A stretch of 64,000 nucleotides of DNA. Source: Dehalococcoidia bacterium (GTDB lineage Bacteria; Chloroflexota; Dehalococcoidia; Lucifugimonadales; UBA3495). Made by a program: the position numbers and the translations under genes. Under the pieces are notes generated by a model. The model saw nothing but the letters and a program-made list of their open reading frames with translations. It was not told where the DNA came from and searched no databases. Numbering within the stretch: the stretch's first letter is position 1; each line of letters starts with the position of its first letter. Location of the stretch: contig OZ244112.1 of NCBI GenBank assembly GCA_965215675.1, positions 2,994,352 through 3,058,351 on the forward strand. Reading direction: 5' to 3'. Shown here piece after piece: positions 63,819 through 64,000 of the stretch.

Positions 63819-64000
63819 GATTCCCACCTCCGGTGTATATCTCCCATCCGGCGGGCCGTCTTATTGTCCCGCCAGTCTGTGGTCGTTAATTGTTGATGAG
63901 GTCTGCATCATTTATATCAATATTAGTTATACTTGTCAACGTTGTGAGACAATTCACAATATAACATATCTCAATATAACATGGTTGTTGCACTGTGCCG

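Overview
High-G+C bacterial chromosomal window (G+C judged by eye, not computed), densely coding, with about 58 supportable CDS. There is no rRNA and no CRISPR array, and I recognised no transcription-factor gene.

Gene content:
- Oxidative and catabolic enzymes: two Rieske ring-hydroxylating dioxygenase alpha paralogs plus one beta subunit, a BphC-like and a LigB-like extradiol dioxygenase, SDR, Zn-ADH and beta-hydroxyacid dehydrogenases, a luciferase-like monooxygenase, a TPP enzyme, two tandem M20 amidohydrolases, a phosphotriesterase-family protein and an M24 hydrolase.
- Three paralogous orphan TRAP (DctP-type) solute-binding lipoproteins with long Pro/Thr/Glu tethers.
- lutABC, and a gldA/F/G-like ABC-2 cluster with a DUF4340 gene.
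- A speH-like/agmatinase pair, cinA, coaE and an EndoQ homolog.

This mix looks like a marine Chloroflexota (SAR202-like) genome. That is inference from gene content only.

Most noteworthy observations:
1. An AhpD/CMD-family gene is interrupted by an in-frame TGA exactly at the second redox Cys, followed by a SECIS-like hairpin. It is probably a selenoprotein that the ORF track splits in two.
2. A visibly lower-G+C single-gene islet encodes an ABC-ATPase fused to a DUF4435/OLD-type TOPRIM domain (PARIS/OLD-like defence candidate).
3. A HEPN-MNT pair has an intact HEPN motif but a degenerate nucleotidyltransferase motif.
4. A coaE - CbbQ/NorQ AAA+ - CoA-pyrophosphatase Nudix - giant (1129 aa) vWA protein operon.
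5. Several unexplained non-coding repeat families: a 174-bp MITE-like element in tandem, ATTCCCGC..GCGGGAAT hairpin arrays, a phased A-tract AAAATTTT module upstream of four minus-strand genes, and two short tandem triplications.
6. A rearrangement scar with a truncated LigB-like gene copy and a degenerate tRNA-like sequence.

Gene starts were refined by eye from SD sequences and family N-termini, and some remain uncertain.
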